Assembly (NCBI GenBank): GCA_963718875.1
Contig: OY970378.1
Location: 132,396-196,395 of the forward strand
Reading direction: 5' to 3'
From: Candidatus Parcubacteria bacterium
Lineage (GTDB): Bacteria > Patescibacteriota > Saccharimonadia > UBA4664 > JBIOIQ01
DNA length: 64,000 nt
In this document: one piece after another, positions 58,226 through 64,000 of the stretch
How the letters are laid out: each line of letters opens with the position of its first letter
Position numbering within the stretch: position 1 is the first letter of the stretch
Notes under the pieces: model-generated
Seen by the model: the letters and a program-made list of their open reading frames with translations, nothing else
Databases searched by the model: none
What the model was told of the DNA's origin: nothing
Made by a program: the position numbers and the translations under genes

Positions 58226-61033
58226 ATGGCTCAAAAGAAACTAATATTAGTTGACGGAAATGCATTGTTCCACCGGGCGTATCACGCTATTCCACATTTA
58301 ACGAACTCTGAAGGGTTGCCGACTAATGCAGTGTATGGGTTTACTAATATTTTGCTCAAAGTTTTTAATGATTTAAAGCCAGATTACGCTATTGTGGCTT
58401 GGGACAAATCAAGTAAAACCTTTCGAGATGAGTTGTATCCACAATATAAAGCGACTCGTACAAAACAGCCGGATGATCTGTATGCCCAAATACCCTTGGT
58501 AAAAGAGCTAGTGGCAGCGCTTAATTTACCCTTTGTAGAACTCGAAAACTATGAAGCCGATGACGTTATAGGGACGCTGGCTGCTCAAGCCAAAGGAGTT
58601 GAGACGATTGTGGTTACAGGCGATCGCGATGAATTACAGCTTGTGAGTGATACTACCAAAGTGGATCTGTATAACCCTATGACAGGGGCGAGCGTGCTGT
58701 ATGATCTTCCGGCGATGCAAGAGCGTTATGGGATGACGCCGGCTCAGTTTATTGACCTCAAGGCGCTTAAGGGCGATGCGAGCGATAATATTCCGGGGGT
58801 GCCCGGAGTCGGTGAAAAAACGGCTATGGATCTAATCCAGCGTTATGGCAGTTTGGACGGCGTCTATGAGCATTTGGATGAGAACAAGGGTAAGCTCTTA
58901 GAACGATTAACCGATAACAAAGAACTAGCTTACTTGAGTCAAAAACTTTCAACTATTGTTTGCGACGCACCAGTGACTTTAGAGCTGGATAAAGCGGAAG
59001 TGGGCCGTTATAACCGTGAAGCTACACATGAACTGTTTCGGAGACTGGGTTTTAAAAGCTTGTTGGCAAAACTGCCAGCTGAACTAGCCATGGCAGAGGT
59101 TGGTGCTCCGCCAAGTTTGTTTGACTCAAAAACACCGCAAAAGTTGCGCTCACACATAGACGATACCAAATACATTTGCGTTAAAAGCGTGCAGCAGCTG
59201 GATGATCTGCTGAAAAAAATGACTACAGTTAGTGAGTTTGCGGTAGATACTGAAACGGATGATATAGCTGTAATATCGGCCAAGTTGGTGGGGATAGCAG
59301 TGTCCTTTAAAGAGGCGGAAGCTTACTACATACCGGTTGGGCATGAAACAAGTGAGGGGGGCAAGGATAAATCCCAGCTTGATCTAGAACTGGTGATTAC
59401 AAAGCTTAAGCCAGTGCTAGAAAACGAAAAAATTGGAAAAATTGGACATAATCTAAAGTTCGATTATCAGGTACTTGCGACTCATGGTGTTGTTCTCAAA
59501 CCAATAGTCTTTGATACTATGATTGCGGCGTTTTTGATGAATCCGTTAATGAGATCGCAAACTTTGGGTGACTTAGCATATTCCGAACTAGGGATAGACA
59601 TGATACCGATTGAGGAAATGATAGGTAAAGGCAAAGGGCAGGTTTCGTTTGACCGCGTAACAGTAGAAGATGCTACGCGTTATGCTGCAGAGGATGCTGA
59701 TATAAGCTGGCGGCTGTACCAAAAAATGCAACCAGAATTGGTTAAAACCGGATTCGATGATTTAGCACGTCAAATGGAGTGGCCGTTGATACCACTTTTG
59801 GGAGACATGGAGCTGGCCGGTATTACACTTGATAAAGACTTTTTAAAACACTTCAATAAAAGCATTAGCGCTCGGATTTTGGAACTGGAGGAAGAAATTT
59901 GGAAAGTGGCAGGGGAAAAGTTCAACATTGCTTCTCCAGGGCAGTTGGCCAGAATCTTATTTGAAAATTTAGGGATTGATCCCCAGGGCATTAAAAAAGG
60001 TAAAACGGCTTATTCAACAGCTGCAACTGAGTTGGAGAAAATGCGCCATTTGCACCCCATTATTGAGATGATCTTTGAGTATCGTGAGTTAGTAAAGCTT
60101 AAGAACACTTACGTAGATGCACTGCCGGAGATGGTAAGTTCTGTAGATCATCGGATTCATACCAGTTTTAGCCAAACAATTGCCCAGACTGGTCGGTTGA
60201 GTTCATCAAATCCGAATTTGCAAAATATTCCGGTAAGGACGGAGTTGGGTCGGGAAATTCGCAAGGCTTTTGTGACGCCACCTGGGCGTGTGTTTGTGGG
60301 AGCAGACTATTCCCAAATTGAGTTGCGAGTGGCAGCAGCACTTTCTAAGGATGAGGCCATGATAGAAACCTTTAAAAGTGGCGTTGATTTGCATCAACAA
60401 ACAGCAGCCGAGTTGTATGGTGTGTCTCTTGATAAAGTTACCAAAGACCAACGGAGTGCCTCCAAAACAATTAATTTTGGAGTTCTGTATGGGATGAGTG
60501 CCCATGGGTTGAGCGTCGCTACAGGGATGGCTCGCGATGAGGCACTAGGATTTATAAAACGCTATTTTGAAGTCAGACCAAAACTAGCTCAATATATAGA
60601 GGAGACCAAGGAGTTTGCACGCAAAAACGAGTACACAGAAACCCTGTTTGGGCGCAAGCGGCCATGTCCAGAAATTAACTCGAACAATCACATTGTGGCG
60701 GCTGCAGCCGAAAGAATGGCAGTAAATGTGCCAATTCAGGGAACGGCAGCTGATATTTATAAGCTGGCTATGATTGCACTTGTGCCAAAGCTGGGGATGG
60801 CGGGTTTGTCATCCCCGATCGGAAGCGATAGCGCTCCGGATCCGGGATCCACCACCCGCCTTGGAACTCAACTGCTGTTGCAAATCCATGATGAACTGAT
60901 AGCTGAAACCGATGAGGATAAGGGAGTTGAGGTGGCCAAAGTTATGAAAGAGGTCATGGAAAATGTTTACGATATCGGCGTCCCTTTGGCGGTTGATACA
61001 GCTGTAGGTAAAAGCTGGGGACAGCTAAAATAA
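58226..61033 (+). CDS. polA: DNA polymerase I
   Basis: 5'-3' exonuclease, DTET 3'-5' exonuclease, TGRLSS, ADYSQIELR, QIHDEL. Confidence 0.98.
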   Translation: MAQKKLILVDGNALFHRAYHAIPHLTNSEGLPTNAVYGFTNILLKVFNDLKPDYAIVAWDKSSKTFRDELYPQYKATRTKQPDDLYAQIPLVKELVAALNLPFVELENYEADDVIGTLAAQAKGVETIVVTGDRDELQLVSDTTKVDLYNPMTGASVLYDLPAMQERYGMTPAQFIDLKALKGDASDNIPGVPGVGEKTAMDLIQRYGSLDGVYEHLDENKGKLLERLTDNKELAYLSQKLSTIVCDAPVTLELDKAEVGRYNREATHELFRRLGFKSLLAKLPAELAMAEVGAPPSLFDSKTPQKLRSHIDDTKYICVKSVQQLDDLLKKMTTVSEFAVDTETDDIAVISAKLVGIAVSFKEAEAYYIPVGHETSEGGKDKSQLDLELVITKLKPVLENEKIGKIGHNLKFDYQVLATHGVVLKPIVFDTMIAAFLMNPLMRSQTLGDLAYSELGIDMIPIEEMIGKGKGQVSFDRVTVEDATRYAAEDADISWRLYQKMQPELVKTGFDDLARQMEWPLIPLLGDMELAGITLDKDFLKHFNKSISARILELEEEIWKVAGEKFNIASPGQLARILFENLGIDPQGIKKGKTAYSTAATELEKMRHLHPIIEMIFEYRELVKLKNTYVDALPEMVSSVDHRIHTSFSQTIAQTGRLSSSNPNLQNIPVRTELGREIRKAFVTPPGRVFVGADYSQIELRVAAALSKDEAMIETFKSGVDLHQQTAAELYGVSLDKVTKDQRSASKTINFGVLYGMSAHGLSVATGMARDEALGFIKRYFEVRPKLAQYIEETKEFARKNEYTETLFGRKRPCPEINSNNHIVAAAAERMAVNVPIQGTAADIYKLAMIALVPKLGMAGLSSPIGSDSAPDPGSTTRLGTQLLLQIHDELIAETDEDKGVEVAKVMKEVMENVYDIGVPLAVDTAVGKSWGQLK

Positions 61034-61168
61034 GTAGCTTAAACTCCTTTTTAGCTAAATTTAGAATTTTTTAAAAATTTTTGTTGGGTTTTTAACCAAT
61101 GACCTAAGTTAGTGGTTGCGGTTATAATTTGGAAGTCCAAAACTCGATTGGCGATGTAAGGGAGATTC

Positions 61169-61549
61169 ATGAGACAAATCTCAGCTAATCTCAGCACCGT
61201 CCTTCGAACGACGGCTGAGAACTTGATACGGCGAGGAACTCAAGCTGGTGCAGACGGTCGACTGTGGGCGGCCATCGGTGCGGCCCGTGTTGTGGCTGAT
61301 ACCAACCCCTTGCGGGCTACGGCTGTAGCACGTGAGCTGAAGGCGCTGGGGTGCGATATTGATCCGCGAGGTTTTGCAAGCCAGTTGTTACGATCAAGCC
61401 GCCTCATAACTCCAGCAGAACTTGCTCTCCCGAGCTTGTGGACTCCTCTGGCTCAGGCAATCTTGGAAATGCTAGAGCGACCAGACGTCAGCAAGGAATA
61501 CGGGCTGTGTGATCTTTGGGCAGGTACCTCGTCTGCGGCAAACGAATAA
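61169..61549 (+). CDS. hypothetical protein (islet)
   Basis: 126 aa, AGGGAG SD, upstream TATAAT. Confidence 0.55.
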   Translation: MRQISANLSTVLRTTAENLIRRGTQAGADGRLWAAIGAARVVADTNPLRATAVARELKALGCDIDPRGFASQLLRSSRLITPAELALPSLWTPLAQAILEMLERPDVSKEYGLCDLWAGTSSAANE

Positions 61550-61749
61550 GCCCAGGGCGTATGATGCGCCTTGCGGTGCGGTGGGGCTGACGACTTTGAT
61601 CGTCGGCCCCATCCTCCTTTATGAATTGCTAGAGGTTTAACCTCTAGCGTCACAAAATTGGTTATAAATGGTGAGGCGCCCCGGTTGCAGCAGGTAAGCT
61701 GCGAACCGGGGCGCCAGAGGCGCGGTTGAGAGATGTGGTTGATCAGGTG

Positions 61750-61956
61750 CTAGCGGTTGAGGGCCCAGTGGAGGGTCAGTGCGATGGTGGCGCCGAGGCA
61801 GGCGCAGGCTCCGCTCAGGATGATCTCGAACGTGTCGTCATCGTTGAGCTGGCGGGGGTTGCCACTGGCATCGGTGGCGCACATGTACGTGACCGCACCC
61901 GTGACCAGGCCAGCGGGGATGAGGACGGGGGCGACCCGCCGGAAAATCGTACGCAT
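61750..61956 (-). CDS. 68-aa two-TM membrane protein
   Basis: AAGGGA SD, GC3-rich, TTGCAA..TATACA promoter, downstream hairpin. Confidence 0.6.
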   Translation of the reverse strand: MRTIFRRVAPVLIPAGLVTGAVTYMCATDASGNPRQLNDDDTFEIILSGACACLGATIALTLHWALNR

Positions 61957-62054
61957 CGGATGATCCCTTCGTAGTAGTATGAGACGATTTGTATAATAAC
62001 ATACTTTTGTTTGTTTTGCAATAGAAGAACACATATTCAGGTATAATAAATCGT

Positions 62055-62927
62055 ATGCCTGAATTACCGGAAGTGGAAACAATTCGAGCTGGCTTGGAAC
62101 TAGGAATCGTGGGTCAAACCATCCAAAGGGTGGAAGTTTTAAACCCATCTACTTTTATGGCGTCGACAGATATGATTGGACAAGCCGTCGAAAAGAGCGT
62201 CGTTAAACATGTAAACCGGCGCGGTAAGGTGCTGATCTGGGACTTGGATAATGGTTATAGCTTGTTATTTCATCTTAAAATGACGGGGCAAGTAGTGCTA
62301 ATAAAGGGCGATGGTGAGCGCTTTGCGGGTGGCCATCCTACTGGTTCAATGGCTGGGGATTTGCCGGATAGATCAACCCGGGCGGTATTTAACCTAGCGT
62401 CCGGTGACCAAGTGTATTACAACGACCAACGCAAGTTTGGCTGGATTAAATTGGTAGAAACGGCCAACATAGAACTTGATTCGTTGATAGGGCGGATGGG
62501 GCCGGAGCCTCTAAGTAGTGCGTTCAAAGTTGAGGAGTTTTCAGCTAAGCTCAAAAGACACGCTCGAGCGCCAATAAAAGCGGTTATTTTGGATCAATCA
62601 ACCGTGGCGGGAGTGGGCAATATTTATGCCGATGAATCACTGCATTTAGCAAGGATTCATCCTGCGCGATCGGCAGGGAGCCTTAACGGGGCCGAAATTA
62701 AGCGGTTATTTCAAGCCATTCGAGATATTTTAACGTTGGGGGTGCAGCACGGGGGAACTAGCTTTACGCATTATGTGAACGCTTTGGGAGGTAAGGGGGA
62801 CTATCTTGAGCATGCCCGTGTGTTTCGGAGGCAAGGGCAAGCCTGTCCAGCTTGCAAAAGGGTGATTCAAAAAATCCGGGTAACTGGACGCGGTACGCAT
62901 ATGTGCCCGAAATGCCAGGTTTTATAA
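62055..62927 (+). CDS. mutM: formamidopyrimidine-DNA glycosylase
   Basis: MPELPEVE, HLKMTG, GVGNIYADE, C-terminal zinc finger. Confidence 0.97.
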   Translation: MPELPEVETIRAGLELGIVGQTIQRVEVLNPSTFMASTDMIGQAVEKSVVKHVNRRGKVLIWDLDNGYSLLFHLKMTGQVVLIKGDGERFAGGHPTGSMAGDLPDRSTRAVFNLASGDQVYYNDQRKFGWIKLVETANIELDSLIGRMGPEPLSSAFKVEEFSAKLKRHARAPIKAVILDQSTVAGVGNIYADESLHLARIHPARSAGSLNGAEIKRLFQAIRDILTLGVQHGGTSFTHYVNALGGKGDYLEHARVFRRQGQACPACKRVIQKIRVTGRGTHMCPKCQVL

Positions 62928-63057
62928 AGATAAAATATATTTTACGTCTTTTGACAGGTTGATTTAGCTAAGAAATTATACTTAATTTTTTTTGCTAAAA
63001 ACAACATGTCGATGTCTCGACTTCCAACTTTACAGATTCACCTCTAAACTATAAGCT

Positions 63058-63984
63058 ATGATATTTTTCTTTTATGGTCCCAATACCTTCGCGGCTAAAC
63101 AAAAAATTCGCGACATGGCTAAAGCTTACATAACTAAGACCGGTAGCAATTTTGGGTTGGAACGGTTTGATGGGTCGGTTGCGTTCGAAGTATTAGGAGG
63201 AGCCTTAACCGCTATGCCTTTTTTAGCAACTAGCAGGTTGGTGATAATAGACCGATTAAGCGAGAACAAAGTTACATCGGAGCAAATTCATGGGTTGTTG
63301 GTACAGGTGCCAGATTCGACCGTAGCGGTGTTTTATGAGCCTGGAGTAGATCAGCGTACCATCTATTTTAAGACCATGTCTAAGAGCGTTGATAAGAGCG
63401 TAAAGTTTGAAAATTTAAATTCGGCACAGTTAGCTGCCTGGGTTAGGCGCGAAGTGGTAAGGCTTGAGGGTACGATTGATGCCGACGCTGTCGTTTGGTT
63501 AATAGATAATGTGGGCGAAGACCAATGGCGAATGGAGCAAGAGCTTATGAAGTTAGTTAACTATGATTCTCACATAAGCATTGATTCAGCCAAAAAAATG
63601 GTGGCTACGAGTCCTACCCAGAGCATTTTCGATTTAGTGGATGCGATGTCGGCGCGGCGAGTGGGCAAAGCCTTATTGATTTTTCGCGAACTAATTGGTG
63701 AACGAACAAGCGAGCTATATATATTGACCATGATAACATGGCAGCTCAGAAATTTATTGTTGGCTAAAACGGCTGGTTTAGGCAGCTCAAGTGAGTTGGC
63801 AAAACAAGCAGGGCTTTCCCCGTATGTCGCCGGCAAAGCTTTAGCCCTGCAGAAGACAATGAGTAAAGATTACCTCAAAACGGCTTATTTGGCGGCGGTT
63901 GAAACGGATTATGCGATAAAAACCGGCAAGGGCAAGCCTGAGCAGCTAGTGGAGCAACTTATTTACGAGATAGCTGCAGTTTAG
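63058..63984 (+). CDS. holA: DNA polymerase III delta subunit
   Basis: FFYG, MPFLA..RLVII, EL.KL, IFDLVDA, D.AIKTG. Confidence 0.9.
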   Translation: MIFFFYGPNTFAAKQKIRDMAKAYITKTGSNFGLERFDGSVAFEVLGGALTAMPFLATSRLVIIDRLSENKVTSEQIHGLLVQVPDSTVAVFYEPGVDQRTIYFKTMSKSVDKSVKFENLNSAQLAAWVRREVVRLEGTIDADAVVWLIDNVGEDQWRMEQELMKLVNYDSHISIDSAKKMVATSPTQSIFDLVDAMSARRVGKALLIFRELIGERTSELYILTMITWQLRNLLLAKTAGLGSSSELAKQAGLSPYVAGKALALQKTMSKDYLKTAYLAAVETDYAIKTGKGKPEQLVEQLIYEIAAV

Positions 63985-64000
63985 AATAATATGCCTTTAA

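Overview
Bacterial chromosomal window with the gene complement of a CPR/Patescibacteria genome, probably Saccharibacteria-like (inferred from gene content). The AT-richer backbone carries valS, tsaD, three FemABX genes plus murE, groES/groEL with a CIRCE operator, a Sua5/TsaC gene, dnaG-rpoD, polA, mutM, holA and all four tRNA-Ser isoacceptors. It is interrupted by many small GC-rich islets (near-consensus sigma70 promoter, Shine-Dalgarno, orphan ORF or structured RNA, terminator) and by several REP/RPE-like palindrome families, some inserted in frame in core genes. Main observations: (1) a ~2.3-kb predicted transcription unit at 55.2-57.5 kb containing a small membrane peptide, a 75-nt tmRNA-like tRNA domain without an mRNA domain, two type III hammerhead ribozymes that would excise an 860-nt highly paired RNA, and a LysM-like gene; (2) an integron-like array at 32.76-36.73 kb with genes separated by a conserved 18-bp inverted repeat, four of the six genes being paralogues; (3) a candidate His/Trp attenuator inside the 3' end of a TrpR-like gene; (4) further promoter/terminator-bounded structured RNA candidates. 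All calls come from reading the sequence by eye; no searches or folding programs were run.
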